Source: Camelus dromedarius (Eukaryota). Taken from it: 64,000 bases of DNA. Location: NCBI RefSeq assembly GCF_036321535.1, contig NC_087447.1, positions 32,862,001 through 32,926,000 of the forward strand. Direction: 5' to 3'. This document shows, piece by piece, positions 39,601 to 53,765 of the stretch. A model generated the notes under the pieces. That model worked only from the letters and a program-made list of their open reading frames with translations. It had not been told where the DNA came from and did no database searches. The stretch's first letter is position 1, and each line of letters begins with the position of its first letter. Both the position numbers and the translations under genes were made by a program.

Positions 39601-40619
39601 GGGAAGGAAGATGCACTGGAAATTCTTCCTTTGACATGATTTAAAAATCTGCTTTCATCTATTCTCCAGATCTGTTGGCCAACATCATACACCAGTCCCC
39701 TATCTTCTCAGAACTGAATGAGAGCAGTATCTCCTGGCTGGTCTGTCCCTCACTGCCCTCTCCAATTCATGGAGATGGGATGCTGACTCTTCCCCAACTA
39801 ATTACTCAGAACATTTAAATTAGAGTAACACTAGCTGTTCTGGTATTCGATAGCTAATTAAGCTTGGGTAAGTCACTTTCCAACTCAATATATTAATTCT
39901 TTAATTTTTATAAAAGGCAAAGATTAAACTTCATCAGTGATTTTCAACCAGGGCTCAACAGAGTACTAGGTGTCCACGGAGGTTCTCATAGGCAGACCAG
40001 GTGAATCTCCAGGCAGACCCACCTGGACTGACCACTGAGCAGCTAAGCATTTCTGCAGGAATCTATTAAGGTCTCACTGCTATGCACATTGATAATTTAA
40101 AAAACAAAACAAAACACTGAACTAGATCATATTCCCAGTCTGAAATATCTATGATTCTGTGATTTTAATATATCTGGTTTCCCTACCAATTACAAATGAT
40201 CATTAGTGTAAAAACCTCCCACCAGGCATTCAAAGCATAAATAATCTGGCTTGACTTTGCTTACTGATTTGCTTCTATTTCTCAAAATTCTTCAGCACAA
40301 AACGTCGGCACACTCTGGCCTGGGTGCCTTAGCATCCCCATATTCTGTGTGCAATTTCATCTCATGCTTCCCATCCTGCAAGTGATTGTTTTTTCAGTTA
40401 AAATCCAAGCACACATTTTAATCCCACACAAAAGGTCCTCTTTCTTCCCGCTGAATTCCTACAGTGTCGAACAGTTCTATTGTCTGAATTCCTACTGTGT
40501 TCTCTAACACGGTTCTGCCACCCTTTCTAACTTAGATGCATTCTATTTTAGAATATTCTGTGTTTCTTACTATAGCTTCTCTCTTTACCAAATAGAATTT
40601 TTGAACTTCTCCCTATTAA

Positions 40620-40830
40620 TAATTCACTCTGCGTCAGGCCCTCTGACACGTGCTTTATATTCACTACTTCATTTGATCCTCAGAATGCCTCTGATATAAT
40701 TTGAACTACCTTAAACAGAAACTGGGGGCTTAGATGTTTAAATCATATGCCTCTGGTAAAGCAGCTGGAGAGTGGCACAGGAGGATTTAAGCCAAGGTCT
40801 ATTTGACTCCAGTGGACATACATTATAACA
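40620..40830 (-). mobile_element. MIR SINE
   Basis: catttgatcctcag...gaaactgggggcttagatgtttaaat...agtggcacaggaggatttaagccaaggtct. Confidence 0.65.
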
Positions 40831-41049
40831 CAACCTCCTGACTGTTTTGAAGGAAGAAGGACCTTCTCTTTTATCATCGCCTGTGGCTAAGCACCCTTTC
40901 AGGCCTAAGGCTGATCTGACTCATTGCTTGCAACAGACATCCAGGTTAAAGAGCTGCGTGGAGATTTCAGCCAGGTGCTACCACAGAGGAGGCAGGAAAT
41001 TGAGTTTAAGTCTAGCCAATTCAACTGCCTGCTAAAACAAAAATAAACA

Positions 41050-44000
41050 CTCTTTAAAGGAAAAGTCTGCCTCTACTAAGTAAGAACATAACATCCAATA
41101 CACAATACAAAAATTAGCGTAGATCTAAAGAAACAAGAAACTGTGACCATGCTAAAGAGAAAAAGCAGGTAATAGAAACCAACCCCACTCTTACCCAGAT
41201 GTTGGATCTAGTAGACAGAACTCCAAAGAAACCACAAAAATATGTTCACGGATTGAAATAAAAAGATACTGAGTTGAAACATGAGTAGACTTCTAATCTT
41301 AACAAAGACTGAATCATAGGGACTGGAATTACCTTCCCACCTAAAATAACAAGGGAAAAACAAAGAATATGTATGAAAAAATAGTCTTCAAGATACTGGA
41401 AATTCGGCAAGTAAGAATGATTCCTGAGAGACAGGAAACACAGGAGGAGAGTCCTGTTCGCTACCTTGAGAGAGGCTGAGGCCACAGCGCAAGGGGAGGA
41501 AGACAAGAGGATCCCAGTGGTCTGCCTGGGTTAAGGATATGGAGCCAAGGACACGGAGAGGGCAAGGTAGCCGGAGTTTGCAGAGCACAGTCCTGGAGAG
41601 GAGAGAGCCGCACAGAGAGGACTCGGGAGCCCTGCAGGGGGTTACATTCAAGTATTCAGCAGAGTGCTGACCGGAAAATGAGTGTCCTGAAGCTACTCTA
41701 AGCTGGCACAAAGGCCACTAGAGTGGAGTAGACGCAACAGTACTCAGTGCTCACCTACGGAGGGGACAAGTGCACCCTCCCACAAGCTGGACTGGAAATT
41801 CTCATTAGTGATTAGATAAGACTGGATAGAGTACACTAAAAGGTCTTGCCTCAGTTGTGTAGAGTAATTAGCCCTATTTTAAACACAGCTTTGGCCCCAA
41901 CTAAAAATCTTAAAAGCAAGACCCAAGGGGATATAACGGTGGACAACTATCTTAATTGCGCCACAGAGAAAAACTCAGGAGTATTTATAGGAATACAAAA
42001 ATATCTAGCATCCAAAAGGTAAAGTCAGCTTTGACTGGCATCCAAACAAGGATTATTAAGATGATTAAAAACAGCAAAACTGAACTCAAAATGAAGAGGG
42101 AAAAAAAGTCATTTGATATCAAAACAAAACTGACACAGATGTTATAATATAGGACATTAAGTTACTATAACTGTATTCGTACTGTATTCACGTTAAAGGA
42201 GTTAACTAGACATGAAGAGGGTTTATATATATTAACTATATATTACATAGAAAGCCAGAATATATAACATATATGATATATATAGGTGTCTGTGTGTATC
42301 TATATTCAAATCAAGCTAATAGAGATAAAGACTACAATATATGAGATGAGAAATACCCTGGATGGGGCGACTGGCAGATTAGATGTTGCAGCAGAAAAGA
42401 TCGGTGAACTTCAAGACACAGAAATAGACACCACCCAAAACAACATATAAAGAAAACCAGACTTACAAAAAATTAAAAAAGAATCAAACTACAGTAGAAA
42501 ATCAAGTTGTCTAATATATATGTAATTGGGGTCCCTGAATAAGGAGCAGGAAGACAGGACAACAAACTTGAATATTAGGCAAAAATATTGAAAGGTGTTG
42601 AAAAATTATAAGCAAACAGACCCAAGAAGAAGTGAAGCCCAGGTGCAAGAGATATGAAGAAAATGACATGAAAGTGCATCATAATCAAACTCCCTCCAAA
42701 CTGTGATAAAGTAAAAAATTAAAGGAGTCAGAGAGAAATGAAAAAAAAGACGTTACACGCAGAGGAACAAAGACAAGAATGTCAGCAGATTTCTTTGGTG
42801 AAACAATGCAAATGAAAAAGCCAGTGCAGTAATAGCTTTAAAGCATAGAGAGGGGGAAAAAAACTGTCAACTTAGGATTCTATGTATAGCAAAAATAAAT
42901 TTCAAAGATGAAGTGAAATGAAGACCTTTCAGATACATAAAAGCTGAAAAAAATCACAACTAGCCTCCCAGCACTACATGAAATTTTAAAGAGTCCTTCG
43001 GCAGAAGGAAAATGACAGTAGATGGAAACATGGATGCAGGCAGAAGAAGGAAGAGGACTGGAGATGGTGTCTGTGTCATAAACACAACTCTATTTTCCTA
43101 TTCATTTATTATTTTTAAATTTATTTATTTAAGTACAAAATTAAAATTTTTAATTATTTTCTTATTAGTTAAAGATCTTTGCATGATTTTGAATGGTTGT
43201 ACAAAAACAGTGTGTTTGGAGGTTGCAAACATGTGAAATTAAATGCGTAACAACAGCATAAAGACCAACACAGAGGAAATGGAAGTCTATTACTGTGAGG
43301 TTCCTGTATGTGAGGTTCTACAACAGCACCTGAAGGTAGCCCACAGCAAGTTAAAGATGTGTACTATAGACACAAAAGGAACCAGTAAAATAACGGAATA
43401 AAGATTTATAACTAATAAGGAAACCACAAAGATAAAATGCAATCCTATAAAATACACATCTTGCAAAAATAGACATAAAAAAAGTAGAAAGGAAACCAAG
43501 AACAGATGGGACAAGTAGAGAACAAACAGCAAGATGACAGACTTTAGCCCTATCGATAACCACACTAAGTGTAAATGGTTTATATAGCCAACATTCTAGA
43601 TGCAAGCAAATGATTTTTCAAAAATGATGGTAACATGGAACTATTTTCAGATACCACTAAAATAGAATCCTAGCAAGCTGACTGGCACTACAAGAAATAC
43701 TGAAGGTAGCTCTTAAGGCTGAAGGAGAAAGAAGCCAGGTAGTATCTCAGATCCAGCGGAAGAAATGAAACACATTAGCAATAATAGATAAATATATGTG
43801 AGAACATAAACTATACGGATTTTTTTCTTCTCTTAACTCCTTTAAATTGTGAATGACTTTAAATCATAAATTATAACACTATGGTAGGATCCAGAATGTA
43901 TGTAGATGTAACAAATGACAATAGCAACAAGGAGAGGTGAGGGATAAAATGGAACCACACTCGAGTATTACAATATGAATTCTAAGTGTTCTGTGAACAA

Positions 44001-45295
44001 TGGAATTGTACTGACCTAGAAGAACGGTAACTCAGAGTAGACTGGTGCGGCAAAGATGCATCTTGTAATGCCTAGAACTCCTGAAATCAATGAAACAAAG
44101 CAAAAACCCTAATAGAATAAAAGTATTTAATTAACCCCCAAAAAGGGACAAAGGAAAACAATAAAAAATCTAAAGAAGCAAATCAGATAAGTAGAAAAGA
44201 AATTGTAAAATGGCAGACTCAAACCCAACTATATCAGTGTGTGTGTTAAATGTGTGTGTGTGTGTGTGTGTACACACATTAAACAAGCAGCTAAAGGCAA
44301 AGTTTATCAGATTAGATAAAAAAGCAAGACCCAATTATATATTTTCTTCCAGGGACATGCTATAAATACTAAAGCACAAGCAATTTAAAATGGAAGTATG
44401 GGGAAAGATATAACTTGTACACATGAATTTTAAGAAAGTTGGAATGGCTATACTTACTATTTTTCCACTTAATTAAGGCATAATTGGCAAATAAAATTGT
44501 AATATATTTAAAGCATATATTTAAACATGATGAGCTGATAAATGCTTTCATTGGTAAAGATTAGAATAGCTATATTTGTATCAGGAAAAAACAGATTGCA
44601 AGATAAGGAAAATTAGCAAAAATAAAAAAGGCATTTCCTAAAAGGGGAGTCAGCTCATCAGGAAGATATAACAATCTTAAATACTGAACATTCTTAGTAT
44701 CAAAGCTTCAAAACATGTCAAACATAGCTAAAGAACTAAAGTGGAAAGTACACAAATCTAGAGAATTTTTAACACCTGTATTTTACTAATTGATAGAATA
44801 ACTAGACAGAAAAAAATCAGCAAAAATAAAAAAGATCTAAACAATACTCATGACATTTATTGAAATTACACCTAATAACTGCAGTATACATATTATTTTG
44901 CAAGTGCATGTGAGACGTTGACCCCCAAAAAAGCTGATTTATAAAACAATCTCAAAATAAGTTCAAAAGATTGAAATCTTACAGACTATTTTCTCTGACC
45001 ACTCAGAATTAAATTAGAAATCAAATAACAGTAAGATAACTAGGAAAAGTAAACATACTTGGAAATTACGCCACTTGCAAAGGCCCAAGGATTAAAAAAG
45101 AAATCACAAGGAAAATATGACATATTGTGAATTGAATCATAAAAAAATATAACAGGTTAAAATTGGTGAGAATCAGCCACAACAATGCCTGGAAACAAAC
45201 GTATGGCTGTAATGTTTATATTAGGAAAAAGAAAAGTTTAAAACCAATGATCTACATTTCCACTGTAAGAAATTAGGAAAAGACAGGCAGATAGA
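41050..45295 (+). mobile_element. Composite of old LINE-1 (L1M-type) 5' portions
   Basis: L1M-like 5' end near 41280, ORF1 remnant 42300-43010 and ORF2 start ~43530. A second ORF1 end (~43660-43760) and a second ORF2 start/EN domain (44210-45290) follow. Confidence 0.8.
44251..44271. repeat. (TG)n microsatellite inside L1
   Basis: Read directly. Confidence 0.9.
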
Positions 45296-45649
45296 TTTTT
45301 ACCCTGTATCTGGTCCTGCCCACAGGGCTGGAGTAGGTGAGGGAGGGTTAGTGACAACCTCAGAGCACCTCAAAGACTCTATTAAAACAGAAGAAATATT
45401 TCTTAACATAACCTGAGGCAGAACAGCCAAATGCAAGTTTTTAATACTAAGAACCAGAGGAAATACAAAAACATGATTCTGCACATCAAAAGCAAAGAAA
45501 GAGTGAAGGACAAAGGCCGAGGAGTGTTGTGAAATGCAGTTCTAGGAGAATGGGGAGCAGTGGGCGCGAGGAGCAGGCACGTGGGAGAGGCGCAGCACTG
45601 AGGATCTGACCGGGAAGTGGGTGCTGAGACACCTTTTGACTTTGGACCA

Positions 45650-46100
45650 TCAGTTTCAGGTTACACTTTAACCGCGCTTAACAAGCCTCACCCCCAAATA
45701 AACGTCCTGTCTCACATAATTGAAAAGTCCAGACTATGGAATCCAGGTAATCAAACATCGTCGCCAGGACTCAGACCCCCCTCTCTCTCTCTCTCGCCAC
45801 TCTGCTCTTCCTCATACCAGCGTCACTCTAAACCGGAGCCTCTCCATGTAGTGTCCCCAGCTGTTCTAACATCATTCTAAATCCACGATAAAGAGGGATC
45901 CTTTGACAACAGTATTGTCAAAAATCCAGGATTTGAGCTCCATTGGTCTTACTGTGTTCACTTGCTGGGTCCTGAAGTAATTACTGTGGCCACGTCTGGA
46001 TGATCAGCCCAGCCCTGGAGCAGGAAGTACACTCCGCTCCTCTTGAAGTGTTCTGAACTGAGAACTGAGTTCAAAATCAGTCGGGGTTTTATGTTACAAT
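45650..46100 (-). mobile_element. MaLR (MLT1-type) LTR, degenerate
   Basis: tctcacataattgaaaagtccaga, ctcattgg-like motif, gtaattactgtggcca in the order expected for reverse MLT1. Confidence 0.5.
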
Positions 46101-46503
46101 GACAGTGTGTTTAAGATGAACGAATGGTCTGGCTCGTGAACCCATGCTTCTTTGGACAGAGCCACCTTCCCTTTGGAATGCTTCTCTGTCTAACGAGGAC
46201 CTTCAGTTCTCTACACTTCTCTTAGTATCAGATCCAAGTTCTTGATATACACATCAACTGTTAATCAAGAAGGTCAATAAAGACATGAAGGTCACTTTAT
46301 GAACTAAATATAAAAGCCACTTCTGTGGATTCGGGGAAGACGGCAGAGTACACTCCATACCATTAAGGGTGACGTGATGAGTCCTAGCAATTCTTTGCGA
46401 ATCACTTCATCCCATCATGATCGTCATTGTCACTGTCGTCGTCAACATCACTATTTATGGAGACCTTGTTTGGTAACACGCATAGTGTTAACTACTATAA
46501 ATA

Positions 46504-46974
46504 TGTATTTAAATTCTCCTGTCACTCTTGGATCCAGCCAGCATTTGCAGTTGGCTCACTGTCAGCCATTCTCCCCGCCTCCTGGGGCCAGTCATCCATC
46601 TGGTTGCTGTCAACTCAGTATCTACCGTTCTGCTGTTGACTCCTGAGAGAAGTGCTCCTTGGACTCTCTCACAATTAACTTCCAGCCAGGTGTGGTTGAC
46701 TGGAGACACTGGGGGGGGCTGGAGGGGTGTAGAGAGGAGCAGGACGCGTACCCACACGCTCTCTACCTTCGGCACCTTCTCTGACCATGGCTGTGCCTCT
46801 CCAGTCCGAGCCGAGGCAGGGGCTCCCTGCCACGCCAATCTCCAGGTTACACCTACCTCCCCCAAATGCTCATTAAGCTCTCTAGCACATCTGTAAATAA
46901 TTTTCTCTATTAAATTAACTCCACTGAACTCCCTGCTGAGGTTTTTGTTTTCCTGCTAGACTGTGACTGACATA
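46504..46974 (+). mobile_element. ERVL-type solo LTR (LTR33/LTR41-like)
   Basis: Starts TGT, has attaaa near 46908, ends tttcctgctagactgtgactgacata, a typical ERVL LTR terminus. Family uncertain. Confidence 0.55.
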
Positions 46975-47104
46975 CCTCCTCTTCCATTCCCTTCTGGTGG
47001 AAGAACTTTGACTTGTCTACGTAAAATGTAGTGGTTCCTTAATCTCAGAAAAAAAGGACGCTCATGTGCCAGCCCAAAGGGTTGAATCACTTGATCTAAG
47101 CAAG

Positions 47105-47275
47105 AGGTTTTCAAAGAGTAATCCTCAAGCCAGCAGCTTTAACCAGCAGGGAACACACTGGAAATGAAAATGAACGGGTCCTTCTCCAGCATACTGAGTC
47201 AGAAATTCTCCAGCAATTTGTATGTGAACAAGCTTGCTGGAATCATCCTAAGGTACGTAGTCTGAGAACCACAGG
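47105..47275. mobile_element. MER5A-type MITE
   Basis: ggttttcaaag...tactgagtcagaaattct...tctgagaaccac. Confidence 0.65.
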
Positions 47276-47299
47276 TCCACGATAATAATGCTATCCCTG

Positions 47300-47668
47300 G
47301 CCCCCTTCCCAGTGGTTTGTCCAGATACAGGCGTGTGACCAGGTTCTGGCTACTGAGAGGTAAGAGGAAGTCTGCTGCGGTTGGAAGTGAGAATGGGGTT
47401 GCCTTTCCTGGGGAAATGACAGAATTCCTGACATATCCATTCCATTTAGCAAGCTAGATGGAGGGCGTGATGGCTGGAGGTGTAGCCACCTCGATATCCC
47501 AGGAGAAAATCCAGTAAAGTCACAGACACACCACAGCAGCCTCTGGACCACCCCCGGAACTGCACATCACCACACTTACGTCATGAGATTTAAATAAGGA
47601 CTTTATTATTAAGTCACAATCACTTGAGTTTTCTGTAACTTGCAGCCAAAAACAATGCTAACAAATAG
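47300..47668 (+). mobile_element. MaLR (MLT1-type) LTR
   Basis: gtgaccaggttctggc...gaggtaagaggaagtctgct; end gttttctgtaacttgcagccaaaa..ctaac. Confidence 0.65.
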
Positions 47669-50600
47669 AATATTTTTATCCCTATTTTATAGGTAAGAGA
47701 ACCAAGCCTGAAAAGAACAAATCACTTCTATACAGCAATATAGCTAGTGCATGGGAGAGCAAGATTTGAACTTGCTTTTCTGATTTCAGAGCTTCAGTAG
47801 GCCAGCCCACCTTTCAATAGGCCACAGTCACTCTCACCAAACTGCAAGCCTGCCTGATAGGACTATGTTTTACGTTTTGCTCTTATGCCGTTACCTCTAA
47901 TCCTGAGTATCTTTACAGCCTTAAGAACCCTTGGTTAAAACAGTTCAGTGAAGCCATCCTGAACAACGCTTTATTTTCTTGCTTAAAAGAGGAACACAAG
48001 TTGGTTTGTAATTTACTTCTGCAAGATGCTAACCCTGTTCCTTTCAGGACAGGTCCACATGCTTTAATCTGAGTATTCCGAGAGCTGGCATTATTCATAG
48101 GGGAAGTATTTATGCAGTCATGATAAATAAGATACTTTACTTTCAAATAAAACAGGGAGGCTTCAGGCTCCAATAAAAAATGAAAAGTTTAAGTCAGTCA
48201 GTCCTTTAGAAAACTTCACCATATTTCTGTCACCATCTGATTACACACAAAGAAAAGATTCTTTTATGTTGTATAATGGCAGACAAGCAACCATCATAAT
48301 GAAAAAGTTATTTTGGGTGAAAAACAGCCTTTATTTGTCAAATTCACTAAGTTTTGTAATTGGTGTTTTTGAAAGTGGGAGAAGAAAAGTCTTTTTTTTT
48401 TTTTCTCTTTTGTGAGCTGGAGAAGAAATTCAGAAGAGAAAATTCAAGCACACTCTCAAACAGAAGGACCTGGGGGCAACATTGCCAAGAACGTCTATGC
48501 TGCTTGGTCTGGCCATAGTGCCGCACTATCCTGGCTGCATGGATTTAGAAATAGTTAGCTGTTACCAGCTCTGGCCGATCCTTTGTGGGATCGATGCTGT
48601 TCACAGAGAACCAGAGCCAGAGCTGGCCCCATGACTCAACCTGAGCATATATGATTCAGAAAGCTCAGAGCCAGGACTGAGCATCTACAAGTGGAAACAA
48701 AGAGAATGAGTCATTTCTCTTTGAAGAAAGAATCACTCAACTTTGAGGAACCACGCAGGTATCTAGAGAAGACAGAATCTTAATAGAGTGGATTCCATGG
48801 AGTGAAAATCACCCAGAAATGAATTAGTGGATAATGTCACTCCCTCTGGCCATTTGTCATCTGTCCATTTTCTGTGTCTATAGAGAAAGAATGGCTCTTT
48901 CCAATGGTGTGGGTTAGCCACTGTAATACTGCTAATAGCTAACTATTTCTAAATTCCATGTGCTTCAAAATCACCGATTCATAGCAGAACAGAGGAATGG
49001 AATTTTTATACGCTACCATACGCTACCTTCCAAAGACTGCAGGATCCAGGCAAGCAATCCAAGGAAGCGATGTAGCCCAGGCCTCAGTAAACTGGAGAGA
49101 GTGCACGTCCCGCCCGTGAGAAGCAGCTATGACTTGGCTCCAGCCATGGCGGAATCCCCGCGAAGACCATTCCTTCACCCAGCTGAAGGTTCACTGCCTA
49201 AGTCTGGCTGTAAGTTAATATTATTTTATTTCTAAATACCAGTTAGGCCAACACTGTGCAGTACACAGGGGCTACGCTTTCCTTGAACTTGAGCTCTCGA
49301 TTTGCAAAGTCTAAGTCCAATGCCCATCCACTTACATACAAGAAAGCTGAGGTCCAGTGAAAGAAGTGATTTATCTAAGATCTCCTAGCTGGTTGGACAA
49401 ACACCTAACAGCATGAGTCAGTTCAGCAGCTGTTTAAATAGTAGTGGTGCCAAGTTACTAGACATACTTGAAATTATATATACATAGACACACACATATG
49501 TATATATAAAGACATTTATCATCTAACAGGTACCCAGAGACAGTGCTAGATGCTGAAATACAAAGAAGGAAAAGGATGAACATTTCTTCCATGTCCACTA
49601 AGTACCCAGAAACTGTGGTTTAGCCTCCAGCCCGAGGAGTATGACTTACTCTTTCCATTTCATAGATAAGAAAACCGAAAGTATTGTCACCTTCACAAGG
49701 TCATGTGAAACCACATGATAAGAGCTGGGATTCAAGCATAGGTCTATCTAATGCCAAATATAGCTGCTTCTACTGTGCGATGATGCTGCCTCTTTCTTCC
49801 ACCTTCTTCTGTGAAACCACAAATACCACCCCTGGCCTCTTCCCTCGAGGGCCTCAGAGGCTGTTGGGGGAGCCAGACATGGAAACAGTCGGCTCTCTGG
49901 GGAAACTCTCAACTCCACTGAGAACCTAGAGCATTTCTGGGGACCCATCCAGAGCCAGGTCTGGAGGGAGCTCGTCTCTCTGCTCAGGAGAGCTTCACTG
50001 GCTGCTCCCCAGCCTACGGCGAACCACAGTGGAGGTATGAACACACTCTCTGACTGCAGGCTCTGGGGGGGGGGGGGGGAGGGGGCTCTGGCTTCACACC
50101 CAAACTCAGATCACCGAGTTCCTAAGACAGCCTTCTGGATGTGAGACGCTGCACCTTACAAGCTTGACAACAACAATGGCCCCCTTAGGGCAGGTGCCCC
50201 CTGGAACCCTAGGCGAAGCGCTGTCACACTCAGGGTCTTGTTGGAACCTCACACCCCCAGCGGGAACTGGGCTCGGAGGTTCAGATTTTCCATTCAAACA
50301 TAATGAAACATGAGAAACTGCTAAGGTGGAGAAAGCCTACTGAGGTTTTCCACCTCCTAGGTCTCTGCTCTTTGCAGCCTGACATGCTAACTATTCAGGC
50401 ATTTGGGGAAAGAAAGGAAAGGAGGCAACTGGCAGGAAATAAGAGGAAGCCCCCCCAACCCCACCCCTCCGAGAGAATTAGTTACAAATGGATTCTTGTT
50501 GGCGACACTTCTATTGGCTCCCCCTTCATCTGTTGAACTTTCACTTGTGTCTTTTCTGTTTCAATAATTTCCATTAAACTACTCTCATTTGTCCCCTCCC

Positions 50601-53600
50601 ATCCTTGTCCCAGGCTTGTATCACAGACTGAGATTTTCAGAAAGAAGTAGAAACACAGCAGCCATGGAAATCCACAGACTGTTCATACCAAAGGCCCCAT
50701 GAAGGTCAGTACTGTAAAAAGAAAAAAAAAGGTGCAAATGTCTAAAGCAGAATTTAAAGCAAACAGGAAAGAGGAATTTTTAAGTAAGTGAAGTGTCCAC
50801 ACGAGACTGCCAAGGAAGTCCTCCTCCAGAGCACTTCACCATGTTTTGGTTGCTTTACCCTCAGTCCTACCCCGCCTTCCAGCGACAGGAGAGCTGCCCT
50901 CTAAGGAGGAGTCTGTCACGCACCGCCTTCACCACCTGACTCCTGGCTTCTCAGTAACGACATCGGCAAAGGAACAAACACGCTGAAAATCAGCTCCCAG
51001 CAAAATGGGACAGGACTGGACACCTTCAAAGAAATAGCTTCCCAATGCCCAAGGCAGGGTTTTCCTGTCACAAGGAAAACTGCGCGGGTGCGGGTGGCAG
51101 AGCTATCCCAGTGGCTTTAGAACGGACGGCCCAGACAGTCAGGCCAAGGACCAGGAGCAGCCCACACACGTCGTGTGGTTTTGCTTGGCGCACAAACAGT
51201 GCTGTGTCCCACCTGAGCCAGACGCCGGCATTAAGAATCCGGGGACTTCACATACAAACTTTGGATTCCTAGCATCTCTAAAAATAACTAACCTGGCAAT
51301 GCTGAGCCACGTTTCCACGTGACAATACCTGGCAGGCGATGAGCGGCGGCTGCCGCCTTAAACAGTGTGTGAACCCCCCACCCCAGAGCAGCCCGTGCCT
51401 GGCTCACGCTGCTCACGCCCCGCAGGCGTAGACACCTGAGCCTGTGACACCTGCCAGGAGAGGCTGTTCTCATGTTCACAAGGACAACAAAATCCCCAAA
51501 CTTTTTGGATGGTGCACCTCTAATAGTATCAATATTTTTTTAGTATGTGACCCCTAGATAGCACTTTTTATACCAAACACACACAAAAGTTAAAGTACAA
51601 AATCCTAAGGTAAATATTGTAATCGATCATGTAAATTAGTCATATTAATTACACTTATTAATTTCACAAAAAAAGTGTGCTCTCTCCAATGTATTGTTTT
51701 TAATATTCTGCAAAGTGATGGAAACTGTTTCACTGATTCTGAGAGTCTTGCTTTTAATCCTTGCTTTCTATACTAACCAAATGCTGTTGCCAGGTCAAAG
51801 GTTTGCAATGAAATCATCTACAAAAAAAGATTCGTAAAGTTTTATGTCTTTATTTCTTCTAAGATAATAACTGATAGATCCCTGCCAGTCCTGGGGCACC
51901 TGCCTGGCGCCATGGGCGGGGATGGGTGTCCCATCCCCATTCTGACACACTCACCAGGGGACCCCAAATCAGGACAGCTCAGACTCAAAGACACACGCTC
52001 TAGAGTCAAGCAGAACCGGCTTGCACTCTGGCTCTGCTGCTTCCTGGTTGTGGAACCAGGTATTGCCTGTGTCAGTGTATGGGACTGAAATGGTGACAGT
52101 GATGGCTCTAGTGTTGTGCTATTTAAATGAGATAAAGCCTGCAACTTGTTGACCTCAGAAATCAGAGCGCATGCTCAATAGCAGGCAACTTTCATTTTCT
52201 TAAATCTATGCTTTCCACTCTCCTTAGCTTATTTAACAACAAGATTATCTCTGATGGACAGAGCCACAAACAACTCTTTGAGAAAACCTGTCACTTCTTA
52301 CATTTTGGGTTTTTACTTCCTCCTTTCTCTAGCCTCTGCAATCTGTATATAAATATATATTTGTTAAATGTGAAAAAAGATGTCTTTCTATCAATGGAAT
52401 AGTAGAGAACTGAGTCTTCATAATCTGACAAAGTATTTTCCCCCAATATCTGGTCACCAGTACCCACCCGCCACAAACGCACACACATACATGTTCACCA
52501 AGGAATGATTTCTTTGCAAAAGTCAAAGACCATATAATTTTTGGAAAAAAGAGAATACCCTTATTAATCAATAATTGCATGAAGTCTACATGGGGCTTCT
52601 CTTCCCATTTCATTCAAGCATTATTTCACAGGCATTCATTTTTCCTGCGGTGTTGACTACAATTCACTGAGTAAAACGGTGATGGAGGAAACAGAATCAC
52701 AAGTCAGAACCTAACTGAACGGCAAGGACTGACTGATTTGCATCGTTAAGTACCGCTAAGGTGGCAACTTCAGCAGGGCTGCCAGAAGCCCCAGACTGTA
52801 GCTGACTCTGGCCTTACTGCTTGAGAATAAACTTGGTGCCCAATCATCGTGAACGCTTACTGGGATTAGGCAGATCTGTGCCCTTAACCCTTTCTTTCTT
52901 ATTCCAAACTGACCAAATACATTTTTCATTTATAACCCACCAGCTTAACGCTGAGCATCAGCTACATTCCAGCACCCTGCTCGGGAGTTCAGGGCAGTGG
53001 ACCTGGTGAGGCAGAACGTCAGTGGTCTTTGCTGGTTTATATCTGTTGCAAGTATTTCTCCATGGTCATATTTTCAGATGGTTTCGGGCTGAATTCATAG
53101 ATCTGCTCCTTCCTTGCTGTGTAGTTTTGGATTCTTCATCCTCATCTTTAAAATAGAGATGTGGAGTAGGTGAATAAAAGTGTTCGTTTCTTTTTATCCC
53201 TTTTGTTACCTGGGGTGCAGAAGATCTATTCCTGTCTTTTAGGAGTTTATATTCCTTGAAGAAGCCAAGTATGTATGTATGTGTATGTATGCATGTATAT
53301 GTGTACATACATATATAAATAATCAGACAATATTATAATACAGTAATAAATCAAGTGCAGTAAGTACAAATATTAAAGCTACAATATCACTTTCTCAAAC
53401 AGTAGAATTCTGGGATGGTGTACTCCCTGACAGCATGAGTTCACATATAATGTGATTTCTAAGTGGCAATTGCCTCTCATTCTCTGTCTAGCCCTGATTC
53501 TCAAATAGAGGTGGGATAAAAGAGATTATCTTTCAGGGAAAGGAAAGAGAAGAGAATGGAAGGCGAGCAGTAAAAGGAGAGAGAATGGGTCCCGTGTGCC

Positions 53601-53746
53601 CAATATTCTCCTAACTTGATCATCTGGGATCATCAGCTATCATCAGTGGGCACCATCCCACCGAGACATTTCTGAAAAACCTGCCCATTCCTGCCAAGAC
53701 AAGGAGCTGGAAGCATCCTCAGTGTGGTCCTGAGGCCTGAGGACAA

Positions 53747-53765
53747 TCGCCACCAGGTGGCACCA
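53747..53765 (+). promoter_or_regulatory. CTCF-binding motif
   Basis: tcgCCACCAGGTGGCACca fully matches the core CCASYAGRKGGCRS. Confidence 0.6.

Noticed and set aside
45902..45922. 8-bp inverted repeat tttgacaa/ttgtcaaa
   Set aside because: Short, AT-rich and inside an LTR relic; expected by chance.
51490..51860. Possible hAT-Charlie fragment
   Set aside because: Only a vague resemblance; I could not define termini or family without a Dfam search.
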